In this document: positions 55,247 to 64,000 of the stretch, piece after piece
How positions within the stretch are numbered: the stretch's first letter is position 1
Layout: every line of letters begins with the position of its first letter
From: Candidatus Methanomethylophilaceae archaeon
GTDB lineage: Archaea; Thermoplasmatota; Thermoplasmata; Methanomassiliicoccales; Methanomethylophilaceae
Reading direction: 5' to 3'
NCBI GenBank assembly: GCA_017540825.1
Contig: JAFYAH010000051.1
Location: forward strand, 363 to 64,362
DNA length: 64,000 nt
Made by a program: the position numbers and the translations under genes
Notes under the pieces: model-generated
Databases searched by the model: none
What the model was told of the DNA's origin: nothing
Seen by the model: the letters and a program-made list of their open reading frames with translations, nothing else

Positions 55247-55357
55247 CTTCTTGTTCTCGTTGTTCACGGTCGTGGAAATAGTATGCGAATATATACAGAT
55301 GATTAATGGGGCATTCTTCGGATTACAGTTTATATCTGATGTCACATACAGGTGAAC

Positions 55358-55840
55358 ATGACTAGGCCCAGCAACGACGAGTACTTCATGAGCATGGCTA
55401 AGCTGGTATCCACCAGGTCCACCTGTATAAGGAGGCGCGTCGGGGCGGTCATAGTGAAGGACAAGAGGGTGCTCTCCACAGGCTACAACGGCTCCCCTAA
55501 AGGAACTCGCCACTGCGAGGAGCTGGGATGCGTGAGGGAGCAGCTGCACATACCCTCCGGGACCCGCCACGAGCTCTGCAGGGGCGTCCACGCCGAGCAG
55601 AACGCCGTCATACAGGCGGCCTATTTCGGCACCAGCGTGAACGGCGGCACCCTCTACACGACCACCTATCCCTGCTCCATGTGCGCGAAGATCCTTATAA
55701 ACGCTGGGATAGTCGAGATCGTTTACGACGAGAAGTACGTCGACGACCTTTCCAGGGACCTCCTCTCCGAGACGAACATCCTCGTCAGGAGGCTTGAGAC
55801 GGAGCATCCCGACGATGCTTCCGACGAGAGTTCGCTTTGA
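55358..55840 (+). CDS. dCMP deaminase.
   Basis: VHAEQNAV and [14 protein letters not shown] zinc motifs. Confidence 0.9.
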   Translation: MTRPSNDEYFMSMAKLVSTRSTCIRRRVGAVIVKDKRVLSTGYNGSPKGTRHCEELGCVREQLHIPSGTRHELCRGVHAEQNAVIQAAYFGTSVNGGTLYTTTYPCSMCAKILINAGIVEIVYDEKYVDDLSRDLLSETNILVRRLETEHPDDASDESSL

Positions 55841-55942
55841 AGAACGTATATAAACCGTTTTCCAATATTATTTATCCTAATTCCTGTACTAACAGTTAAG
55901 TACACCTGCCTATTTACGTAATTAGGGTCTGGGAGTGTGCAT

Positions 55943-56275
55943 ATGAGCCGAACTGACATACTTTCGGGAATCAAGCAGGCGGAGAAGGATGCCGATGCCC
56001 TCATCTCTGAGGCAGAGGCCGCCAGGAAGACCGCTATTGCTGAAGCTCGCAGGAACTCTGTGAAGAAGATTCAGGACGCTGAGGCCCAGTGCCGCAGTGC
56101 TTTTGAGTCTGCGATCACCGCCGCCAAGGTCAAGCTCGATTCCGAGCGCGCGGAGCTGTTGAAAGACGGCACCACCGCAGCCGCTTCGATCGAGCAGAGG
56201 TCGACGGTGAAGATGCAGGAAGTGAAAGATTTTCTCAATAAAGAATTCGAGAGGACCTTAAATGTCACTTCCTGA
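55943..56275 (+). CDS. atpH: A-type ATP synthase subunit H.
   Basis: Small coiled-coil protein at the head of the operon. Confidence 0.75.
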   Translation: MSRTDILSGIKQAEKDADALISEAEAARKTAIAEARRNSVKKIQDAEAQCRSAFESAITAAKVKLDSERAELLKDGTTAAASIEQRSTVKMQEVKDFLNKEFERTLNVTS

Positions 56276-58325
56276 GTCGATGAGTAGGATTGTGATCGTG
56301 GGCACAAAGTCTCACATGGACGAGGCCATAGAGGCCTTGTACTCCGTGGGGGCCGTCCACCTGATCGATCATACTGTCGACGCAGATGAAGGTTTCACGC
56401 TCGGAACATCGCGTCCGTACGCTGCCAAAGCATCCGAGAGGCTGCTTAAGGTGCGCGCGATGGAGAAGGACCTGGGCATCACCAAGAAGACGCCCACCGC
56501 CCCCATCTCCGAGAGCGAGATCAAAAGCAAGATATCATCTAACAGCGTCGAGCTTGTCGAGGACGAGGTAATAGCCGTCATCGACAAGAAGAATGATCTC
56601 AATCAGAGAATCACTGAGCTAAACGCTACGAAGAAGAGTCTTGAGCAGCTTTCTAAACTGGATATCGACCTCGACATGTACTCCGGATACAGGAGCATAT
56701 TCTCGATGGTCGGAACCGCGACTTCCGATCCCACGCCGCTTCTCGCAGACATACCCTGCGAAGTCGTCTGCAGCGGGATCAGCAAGAAAGAGGGCGGAGT
56801 CGTAGCAGTGTTCGCCAAGAACGAGGACAAGGACAAGGTCCAGTCCGTTCTTTCCGAATGCGACTTCTCCGAGATCTCGGTCCCCGATGAGACCGGGAAG
56901 CCTTCCGCGGCCTTGGCGAAGACCGAGCACGATCTCGTCGCCACCGAGGCTGAGCTTGCTAAAGTCGAGGAAGAGCTCAACAAGCTTCTTGATAAACACA
57001 AAGACTTCCTCAAAGCCTCCGAAGAGGAGCTTTCCATCGAGGCCCAGAAGGGCGAGATCCCTGTGAGGATCGCCGCCAGCGACTACTCCTTCGTCATAGA
57101 CGGATGGGTTCCCACCAAGAAGGCCGAGGCCGTCAAGATCGACATCGAGGCCAAGGTCGAGGGCACCTATGTCGAGATACAGGAGACTCGCACCAGGTCC
57201 ATGAAGGAGGTCGAGGAGGCCGAGGACAGATTCAAAGAAGTCCCAACCAAGTTCAACAACGGAAGAATCGTGAAGGAATTCCAATATCCGACCAAGCTTA
57301 TGTCGGTGCCCAAGTATCAGGAGATTGACCCTTCGATCCTGATTGCGATATTCCTTCCCCTGTTCTTCGGAATGATGATCGGCGACGTGGGATATTCTAT
57401 TCCTTTCATAATACTCGGAGCGTACGGCCTCAAGGTCACGCACCACAAGGACTGGCGCGCTATCGCCACAGTCCTGTTCTTCGGTGGAATATGGGCGTTC
57501 ATATTCGGACTGTTCTTCTATGGAGAATGTCTAGGAATGCACTTCATCGGGGAAAATACAGCAGTTGAATACACATGGGAAGCGCTTCTTGGCCTTCATA
57601 ACCTTCCTGATCTCTTCCAGGGCATCCTGCCTTCTATCGTTCTTGACAACGGAGAGATCGAGTACGGCGGAGTCCACAAGCTCGGAGCGGACTGGATAGG
57701 ATTCCAGCTCAAGCTTTCCGTGTACATCGGTATCTGCCACCTCCTTCTGGCGTACTGCTGCGGCGTCTACAACAAGACCCTTCAGCACGGATTCTCCCAC
57801 GCCTTCAAGGAGAAGGGCGGATGGGTCCTCAGCTTCATCGGCATGGTCCTCATCTGCTACTCGCTCGCTATGATCCTCATCAACGGGCAGGCGTTCGATA
57901 CCGTCATGATTCCCTTGGCCATAGGGGCTGTCCTCCTGGTCGCCGGAGTCATACTCAACATACCTGAAGACGGAATGCAGGCTGTTCTCGAGCTTCCTGG
58001 AATCGTCGGCGGAATACTCTCATACACCCGTATCGCCGCCATAGGGATGTCCAAGGCAGGAATGGCTCTCGCTTTCAACTACATCTGCATCGGAATGATC
58101 TATGGAGGACTCGGAGAAGGGCCCATCGCGCTCGTCATAGCCTTTGCGCTCTTCGCGTTCCTGCATCTCATGATCTGGACCCTCGGTATTCTGTCTGCGG
58201 GACTTCACTCTCTCAGGTTGCAGTTCGTCGAGCTTATGGTCAAGTTCTACGAGGGCGGCGGAGTAGAGTACGAACCCCTTAAAATCAAACGCGTGAAAAC
58301 GACTTCCAACAAAGACAAAGCATAA
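56262..58325 (+). CDS. atpI: A-type ATP synthase subunit I.
   Basis: 687 aa. Soluble N-terminal half plus about 7 TM helices, with the conserved Arg region (LHSLRLQFVE). Confidence 0.92.
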   Translation: MSLPESMSRIVIVGTKSHMDEAIEALYSVGAVHLIDHTVDADEGFTLGTSRPYAAKASERLLKVRAMEKDLGITKKTPTAPISESEIKSKISSNSVELVEDEVIAVIDKKNDLNQRITELNATKKSLEQLSKLDIDLDMYSGYRSIFSMVGTATSDPTPLLADIPCEVVCSGISKKEGGVVAVFAKNEDKDKVQSVLSECDFSEISVPDETGKPSAALAKTEHDLVATEAELAKVEEELNKLLDKHKDFLKASEEELSIEAQKGEIPVRIAASDYSFVIDGWVPTKKAEAVKIDIEAKVEGTYVEIQETRTRSMKEVEEAEDRFKEVPTKFNNGRIVKEFQYPTKLMSVPKYQEIDPSILIAIFLPLFFGMMIGDVGYSIPFIILGAYGLKVTHHKDWRAIATVLFFGGIWAFIFGLFFYGECLGMHFIGENTAVEYTWEALLGLHNLPDLFQGILPSIVLDNGEIEYGGVHKLGADWIGFQLKLSVYIGICHLLLAYCCGVYNKTLQHGFSHAFKEKGGWVLSFIGMVLICYSLAMILINGQAFDTVMIPLAIGAVLLVAGVILNIPEDGMQAVLELPGIVGGILSYTRIAAIGMSKAGMALAFNYICIGMIYGGLGEGPIALVIAFALFAFLHLMIWTLGILSAGLHSLRLQFVELMVKFYEGGGVEYEPLKIKRVKTTSNKDKA

Positions 58326-58337
58326 AGAGGTATACAA

Positions 58338-58565
58338 ATGGCAGAAGGAGAAGCACTGGGACTTATCGCAGTTGGAGCAGGACTCGCAGTCGGACTTACC
58401 GGTCTTGGAGCTGGTATCGCGGAAGGAAACGTCGGAGCGGCCGCCGTCGGTGCGATCACCGAGGACGCGAGCCTTTTCGGAAAAGCAATGATCTTCATGG
58501 TCCTTCCCGAGACCATCGTCATCTTCGGACTGGTCATTTCCATCCTTGCTATCTTCGTGATGTGA
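58338..58565 (+). CDS. atpK: A-type ATP synthase proteolipid subunit K.
   Basis: 75 aa, a two-helix hairpin with the carboxylate in MVLPETIVIFG. Confidence 0.9.
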   Translation: MAEGEALGLIAVGAGLAVGLTGLGAGIAEGNVGAAAVGAITEDASLFGKAMIFMVLPETIVIFGLVISILAIFVM

Positions 58566-58585
58566 TTCCGCCAAGAGGTAATCTC

Positions 58586-59146
58586 ATGGCAGTATTAGCA
58601 AACGTCACTCAGGAGATCCTCAAGACCGCCGAGGACGAGGTTTCCCGCATAAAGGCAGAGGCCCAAGCGGAAGCTGAGAAGATCCTCGCCGACGCGAGCT
58701 CGAAGGTCGCTGAGCTTGAACAGAAAGAGGCCAAGAAGCGCGACGAGGAAGTCGAGCGTCTCAAGCGCCAGGAGATCTCCAGCGCGGAGCTGGAGAGCAA
58801 GAAGATCGTCCTGGCCAAGAAGAAGGAAGTCCTCGCCAAAGCCTTCGACCAGACCCTTTCCGACCTCGAGAACGCTCCTGCCGAGAAAAAGCTGGAGCAG
58901 TACAGGGCAATGGTGAAGAAGGTCAAGGACATCATCCCCAACCCTAAGGCGATAATGTCCGTCAACGACAACTTCACCGCCGAGCAGCTCGGGGTCTCCA
59001 GCGTCACCAAGGACGAAAGGGTCGCCGCCGGCCTGATCCTCCAGAGCGAGGACGGGCAGGTGGAGGTCGATATGCAATACTCCACCATACTCCAGTCCAT
59101 CTGGAACCGCGAGATCAAGACCGTGTCTAGCATCCTCTTCGGGTGA
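58586..59146 (+). CDS. atpE: A-type ATP synthase subunit E.
   Basis: Long N-terminal helix plus a globular C-terminus. GAGGT lies 7 nt upstream of the ATG. Confidence 0.85.
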   Translation: MAVLANVTQEILKTAEDEVSRIKAEAQAEAEKILADASSKVAELEQKEAKKRDEEVERLKRQEISSAELESKKIVLAKKKEVLAKAFDQTLSDLENAPAEKKLEQYRAMVKKVKDIIPNPKAIMSVNDNFTAEQLGVSSVTKDERVAAGLILQSEDGQVEVDMQYSTILQSIWNREIKTVSSILFG

Positions 59147-60210
59147 GCCAGATGTTCAAGCGCAGCGTAAGGAAAGGAAACTACGCCTACACCGTAACCA
59201 GGGTGAAAGCGAAGAAGTCGCATCTTCTCAAGGAAGAGGATTACGACAAGATGATCCAGATGAGCGTTCCGGAGATCTCCCGCTACATCAGCGAGGCCGG
59301 CTATCAGAAAGAGATGACCGACCTCGCCGGGAAGTTCTCCGGGATAGCACTCGTCGAGCACGCCACCTACCAGAACATGGCGAACGTGTTCAAGAGCATC
59401 CTCGGAGCTTCACAGGGCGAGCTGGCCATAATGGTCGCAGCGTATCTCGAGAAATGGGATATCTGGAACCTGAAGGTCATCCTCCGCGGCAAGTCATACG
59501 GCGTCGACGCCTCGGGAATCAAGGAGGACCTTGTCCCCGCGGGCAAGGTGGACGAGGCGTCCCTGGATAAGCTTATCTCGCTTGATTCCGTCGACGATGT
59601 GCTCAACGAGTACAGCAAAGTGGGAAAGGTCACTTTCCCTGCCGATGTCATCTCCGAATACAAGGAGACCGGCAATGCCGGAGTTATCGAGGATTTCCTC
59701 GACAAGTTCCACTACCAGAGGCTCCTGGACAGCATCAGCCCCTACACTCAGCCTACCAAGATCTTCCTGGACTACATCAGGAAGGAGATAGACGTCGTCA
59801 ACCTCAGGACCATAATGAAGCTGAAGGGCGAGGGCATCTACGGCGAGCAGGTTATGAAGTACTACATCCCCGGCGGGATGCAGATCGACTCCAAGTTCGC
59901 CCAGGTTCTAGCCAACGCCGAGACCGTAGCCGCGGCTTCCGGCGACATGTCCCGTCTCGAGGTGTACGAGGACTACATAAAGCCCGTGATGGACTCTGAC
60001 AACGTCACTAACAAGGCCGTAGTCACGTCCATCAAGAAGTACCAGGAGGACCAGGCCAAGAAGATGGCCCACATGTACCCTCTGTCGGTGCTTCCCGTGA
60101 TCGACTTCATGGTCCACAAGGAGACCGAGGTCAGGAACATCAGGATAGTGGCTAGGGGCGTAGACGGCGGTCTCAGCAGAGAGACCATCAAAGGATTGCT
60201 GGTGATCTGA
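59143..60210 (+). CDS. atpC: A-type ATP synthase subunit C.
   Basis: 355 aa; assigned by position and length in the operon. GTGA overlap start; an alternative ATG lies at 59152. Confidence 0.85.
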   Translation: MSQMFKRSVRKGNYAYTVTRVKAKKSHLLKEEDYDKMIQMSVPEISRYISEAGYQKEMTDLAGKFSGIALVEHATYQNMANVFKSILGASQGELAIMVAAYLEKWDIWNLKVILRGKSYGVDASGIKEDLVPAGKVDEASLDKLISLDSVDDVLNEYSKVGKVTFPADVISEYKETGNAGVIEDFLDKFHYQRLLDSISPYTQPTKIFLDYIRKEIDVVNLRTIMKLKGEGIYGEQVMKYYIPGGMQIDSKFAQVLANAETVAAASGDMSRLEVYEDYIKPVMDSDNVTNKAVVTSIKKYQEDQAKKMAHMYPLSVLPVIDFMVHKETEVRNIRIVARGVDGGLSRETIKGLLVI

Positions 60211-60515
60211 TGGAGATAGCAGTCATAGGAAGCGAGGATTTCGTACTCGGGTTCAGGCTCGCAGGAATCAGGCGCGTGTTCGTCGCGAATTCGGACAACT
60301 ACCAAGACAAGATGCTGGAGGCAATGAGCCAGCCAACAATAGGTATCCTTGCAGTGGATGCAAAGGACCTCGACAATCTCTCATACAACGTCAGGCAGAA
60401 GGTCACAGACTCCATCCAGCCTGTCGTCGTGCCGGTCGGAGGCGACGAGAGCGACCTCCGCGAGAAGGTCAAGAGAGCGATTGGCGTAGATTTATACAAG
60501 AACGAGGATGAATAA
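60210..60515 (+). CDS. atpF: A-type ATP synthase subunit F.
   Basis: 101 aa. MEIAVIGSEDFVLGFRLAGI is typical of subunit F. Confidence 0.88.
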   Translation: MEIAVIGSEDFVLGFRLAGIRRVFVANSDNYQDKMLEAMSQPTIGILAVDAKDLDNLSYNVRQKVTDSIQPVVVPVGGDESDLREKVKRAIGVDLYKNEDE

Positions 60516-62246
60516 ATGAGCACTGAAGGTGTAATTTACAGAGTCGCCGGACCTGTCGTGACCGCCACCGGTATCTCGCCCAAGATGTACGACGTCGTGC
60601 ATGTGGGGAACGAGCAGCTGATGGGAGAGGTCATCAAGATAGTCGGCGAGTACTCTATCATCCAGGTTTACGAAGACACTGACGGTATAAAACCCGGAGA
60701 GCCTGTCACGAACACGGGCAGGCCTCTTTCTGTCGAGCTCGGCCCTGGGCTTCTGACCTCCGTTTACGACGGTATCCAGAGGCCTCTTCCCATTCTCAGG
60801 GAGAAGATGGGCGACTACATCTACCGTGGGGTCTCCGCGCCTGGACTTGATCACAGCAAGAAATGGGACTTCGTCCCCACCGCCAAGACTGGCGACGTCG
60901 TCTCCGAGGGAGAGGTAATCGGAACCGTGCAGGAGGGGCCCATAGTCCACAAGATCATGGTGCCCATAGGGATAAAGAACGCCAAGGTCGAGAACATAAA
61001 GAGCGGGTCCTTCACCATCGACGAGACCGTCGCCACCATAGGCGGAAAGGACGTCCCGATGGTCCAGTACTGGCCTGTCCGTAACCCCAGGCCCGTCTCC
61101 GAGAAGTACCAGCCGGACATACCCCTGGTCACCGGCCTCCGCGTCCTGGACACCATGTTCCCCCTCGCGAAGGGAGGAGCGGCCGCCATCCCCGGCGCGT
61201 TCGGTACCGGGAAGACCGTCACCCAGCAGTCTCTCGCCAAGTACTCCGATGCGGAGATCGTCGTCTACATCGGATGCGGAGAGCGCGGGAACGAGATGAC
61301 CGAGGTTCTTACCGAGTTCCCCGAGCTGAAGGACCCCAGGACCGGAGAGTCGCTGATGAAGAGGACCGTCCTCATCGCCAACACCTCCAACATGCCTGTG
61401 GCCGCTCGTGAGGCTTCCGTCTACACCGGAATGACCATCGCCGAGTACTTCAGGGACATGGGATACAACGTGGCCCTCATGGCCGACTCCACCTCCAGGT
61501 GGGCAGAGGCCATGCGTGAGATCTCCTCCAGGCTGGAAGAGATGCCCGGAGAAGAGGGATACCCCGCGTACCTCGCAGGACGTCTCTCCGAGTTCTACGA
61601 GCGTGCCGCCCGCGCCAAGGCCCTCTGTGGCCTGGACGGGTCCGTATCCGTCATCGGAGCCGTCTCGCCTCCCGGCGGAGACCTTTCCGAGCCCGTCACC
61701 CAGAACACCCTGCGTATCGTCCGTGTCTTCTGGGCCCTGGACACCAAGCTCAGGGAGAGGAGGCACTTCCCCACCATCAACTGGCTGACCTCGTACACCA
61801 TGTACGACAGGCAGCTCCAGGCGTGGTTCAAGCAGAACGTCGCCGACGACTTCCCCGCGCTCAAGGCCTGGGCCATGAAGACCCTCCAGAAAGAGGCGGA
61901 GCTGCAGGAGGTCGTGCAGATGGTCGGTTCCGACTCCCTGCCCGACGAGCAGAAGGTCACCCTCGAGATCGCCAAGATGATTCGTGAGATCTTCCTCCAG
62001 CAGAACGCATACCACCCGGTGGACTGCTACTGCCCGCTCCCGAGGCAGTACAAGATGCTGACCCTCATAAAGAAATACTCCGACCTCGCAGAGAAGGCTC
62101 TGGTCTCCGGAGCGCAGGTCGACAAGATCGTGCACCTCCCCGTGAGGACCAGGTTCAACCAGTCCAAGTACGAGGAGAACGTCGACGAGGAGCTCGCCGG
62201 CGTCGAGGCGGACATGGACTCGCAGTTCGCGGCCCTTGGAGCGTGA
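60516..62246 (+). CDS. atpA: A-type ATP synthase catalytic subunit A.
   Basis: P-loop GAFGTGKT, with the non-homologous region present. Confidence 0.97.
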   Translation: MSTEGVIYRVAGPVVTATGISPKMYDVVHVGNEQLMGEVIKIVGEYSIIQVYEDTDGIKPGEPVTNTGRPLSVELGPGLLTSVYDGIQRPLPILREKMGDYIYRGVSAPGLDHSKKWDFVPTAKTGDVVSEGEVIGTVQEGPIVHKIMVPIGIKNAKVENIKSGSFTIDETVATIGGKDVPMVQYWPVRNPRPVSEKYQPDIPLVTGLRVLDTMFPLAKGGAAAIPGAFGTGKTVTQQSLAKYSDAEIVVYIGCGERGNEMTEVLTEFPELKDPRTGESLMKRTVLIANTSNMPVAAREASVYTGMTIAEYFRDMGYNVALMADSTSRWAEAMREISSRLEEMPGEEGYPAYLAGRLSEFYERAARAKALCGLDGSVSVIGAVSPPGGDLSEPVTQNTLRIVRVFWALDTKLRERRHFPTINWLTSYTMYDRQLQAWFKQNVADDFPALKAWAMKTLQKEAELQEVVQMVGSDSLPDEQKVTLEIAKMIREIFLQQNAYHPVDCYCPLPRQYKMLTLIKKYSDLAEKALVSGAQVDKIVHLPVRTRFNQSKYEENVDEELAGVEADMDSQFAALGA

Positions 62247-62251
62247 TTCGA

Positions 62252-63634
62252 ATGGCAGACATATCCAAAGAGTACAAGACGATCTCCCAGATCGCCGGGC
62301 CTCTGGTGTACGTCAAGAACACCGAGCCTGTCGGATACAAGGAGATGGTCAACATCAGGCTCTCCGACGGATCCATGAGGAGGGGACAGGTCCTCGACTC
62401 GTCCGGCGACATCGTCGTCGTCCAGGTCTTCGAGGGAACCTCCGGTATCGACAAAGACGCGTCCGTCCGTTTCCTCGGCGAGACCATGAAGATGCCCGTG
62501 TCCAAGGACATGCTGGGAAGGATCCTCTCCGGGTCCGGAAAGCCCCTCGACGGAGGAGCCGACATCGTCCCCGAGGACGAGCGCGAGATCCTCGGAGCGG
62601 CCATCAACCCCTGGGCCAGGGACAGCCCTTCCGACTTCATCCAGACCGGGATATCCACCATCGACGGAATGAACACCCTGGTCAGGGGTCAGAAGCTGCC
62701 TATCTTCTCCGCGTCGGGACTTCCCCACAACGAGATCGCCCTTCAGATCGCCAGGCAGGCGAAGGTCCGCGGAGAGAACGAGGAGTTCGCCGTCGTGTTC
62801 ATCGCCATGGGCATCACCAACGAAGAGAAGCAGATGTTCATGAAGGAGTTCGAGAGGACCGGCGCTCTGAAGAACGCTGTGGTCTTCCTGAACCTCGCGG
62901 ACGACCCTGCCGTCGAGCGTACCCTGACTCCCCGTCTCGGTCTCACCACCGCGGAGTACATGGCGTTCGACCTCGGGATGCAGGTGCTGGTCATCATGAC
63001 CGACATCACCAACTACTGCGAGGCCCTCCGTCAGATCGGAGCGGCCCGTGAGGAGGTGCCCGGAAGGCGCGGATACCCCGGTTACATGTACACCGACCTC
63101 GCCCAGCTCTACGAGCGTGCGGGAAGGATCAAAGGGAAGAAGGGATCGATCACCCAGATCCCCATCCTGTCCATGCCCGGAGGAGACATCACCCACCCGA
63201 TTCCCGACCTGTCCGGATACATCACCGAGGGACAGATCGTTCTGTCCATGGACCTCCACAGGAACGGAATCTATCCGCCCATCAACGTGTCCTCGTCCCT
63301 GAGCAGGCTCATGGGAGGAGGAACCGGAGAGGGCAAGACCCGTGAGGACCACAAGGGAGTGTCCGACCAGCTGTACGCCGCCTACGCCGAAGGAAAGGAC
63401 CTTCGCGGGCTGGTGGCCATCGTCGGTAAGGACTCGCTCTCCGAGATGGACAGGAAGCTTCTCGACTTCGCAGACGTCTTCGAGGACCGCTTCGTGCGCC
63501 AGGGACCCGAGGAGGACCGCTCGATCGAGCAGACCCTCGACCTCGGATGGGAGCTGTTCACCAACCTCGACCTCGAGCAGATCACCAAGATCTCTCGTAA
63601 GTACATCGAGAAGTACATGCCCAAGAAGGAGTGA
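62252..63634 (+). CDS. atpB: A-type ATP synthase subunit B.
   Basis: [21 protein letters not shown]...; conserved B-subunit blocks throughout. Confidence 0.97.
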   Translation: MADISKEYKTISQIAGPLVYVKNTEPVGYKEMVNIRLSDGSMRRGQVLDSSGDIVVVQVFEGTSGIDKDASVRFLGETMKMPVSKDMLGRILSGSGKPLDGGADIVPEDEREILGAAINPWARDSPSDFIQTGISTIDGMNTLVRGQKLPIFSASGLPHNEIALQIARQAKVRGENEEFAVVFIAMGITNEEKQMFMKEFERTGALKNAVVFLNLADDPAVERTLTPRLGLTTAEYMAFDLGMQVLVIMTDITNYCEALRQIGAAREEVPGRRGYPGYMYTDLAQLYERAGRIKGKKGSITQIPILSMPGGDITHPIPDLSGYITEGQIVLSMDLHRNGIYPPINVSSSLSRLMGGGTGEGKTREDHKGVSDQLYAAYAEGKDLRGLVAIVGKDSLSEMDRKLLDFADVFEDRFVRQGPEEDRSIEQTLDLGWELFTNLDLEQITKISRKYIEKYMPKKE

Positions 63635-63639
63635 TCCCG

Positions 63640-64000
63640 ATGGGAGCACACGATGTCACCCCCAACCGTTCGGTACTGCTCCAGCTGAAGAGCAAGATCA
63701 AGCTGACCCAGGGCGGTCACAAGGTCTTGAAGATGAAGAGGGACGGCCTCATCATCGAGTTCTTCGAAGTCCTGGAGAAGGCCAAGCAGATGCGTGCAGG
63801 AGTATCCTCCGACTACGAGTCGGCCATGGAGAAAATCAACATCGCCACCACGGTCAAGGGAGAGATCGCCGTCAAGTCCGCGGCGTATGCCCTGAAGGCG
63901 GACCCGCAGGTGAAGCTCAGCAGCAAGAGCATCATGGGAATGATGGTCCCCAAGGTCGAGGCCGACAGGATCCACACCAAGATCATAGACAAAGGATACG
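63640..64000 (+). CDS. atpD: A-type ATP synthase subunit D (5' partial; runs off the window).
   Basis: Hand translation: MGAHDVTPNRSVLLQLKSKIKLTQGGHKVLKMKRDGLIIEF... It is absent from the track because no stop lies in the window. Confidence 0.85.
   Translation, partial: MGAHDVTPNRSVLLQLKSKIKLTQGGHKVLKMKRDGLIIEFFEVLEKAKQMRAGVSSDYESAMEKINIATTVKGEIAVKSAAYALKADPQVKLSSKSIMGMMVPKVEADRIHTKIIDKGY

Overview
GC-rich archaeal chromosomal window (GC not computed). All calls come from reading the supplied ORF translations and the raw sequence; no searches were run. Gene content is that of a gyrase-bearing euryarchaeon. A Thermoplasmata or Methanomassiliicoccales-like gut methanogen is my inference, not a demonstrated identity.

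Core content, in order:
- gyrB-gyrA, thiC, and an endonuclease IV-like gene.
- A GntR-ABC operon, OGG1-type glycosylase, and a 1787-aa Lhr-family helicase.
- Split class I fumarate hydratase.
- An operon of small ORF, MCM, DUF424 and NMD3.
- A CsoR-family repressor with a P1B ATPase, then EamA, Tsr3, an HPS-RraA fusion, HtpX, TatD and PriS.
- LX (eL20), prefoldin alpha and FtsY, then an M20 peptidase, thiolase and TiaS.
- orc1/cdc6 embedded in a replication origin, then signal peptidase, dCMP deaminase and the A-type ATPase operon atpHIKECFAB(D partial).

Accessory or decayed content:
- A TerB-N/TerB-C protein.
- An AAA_14/DUF4143 ATPase abutting tRNA-Thr(CGU).
- A multiply disrupted AlbA_2/HATPase_c_4 gene.
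- An Rpn-type PD-(D/E)XK nuclease.
- Two DUF1703 (AAA-ATPase_like/PDDEXK_9) paralogs, one of them frameshifted.
- An AbrB-like gene followed by a transposase-like ORF.

Main hunt results:
1. Three otherwise intact genes are each interrupted by a single in-frame TAG with the domain continuing downstream. TAG is almost never a clean terminator here (by eye about 47 TGA, 7 TAA, 2 odd TAG). This suggests UAG is read as sense (pyrrolysine-type) or read through.
2. A textbook C/D box sRNA lies at 37142..37201. No ORF track would show it.
3. A 30-nt perfectly repeated inverted ORB pair plus a third ORB bracket orc1/cdc6.
4. A 28-aa hydrophobic ORF inside the origin shares a 17-nt initiation region with the LX gene.
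5. Paired ATACCC-N5-GGGTAT operators flank the ATPase TATA box.
6. An M20 peptidase ORF has no stop codon and reads antisense through all of ftsY.
7. A 28-nt alternating purine-pyrimidine tract sits in the gyrBA promoter.

Many long ORFs in the track are GC-rich shadow frames and were rejected.
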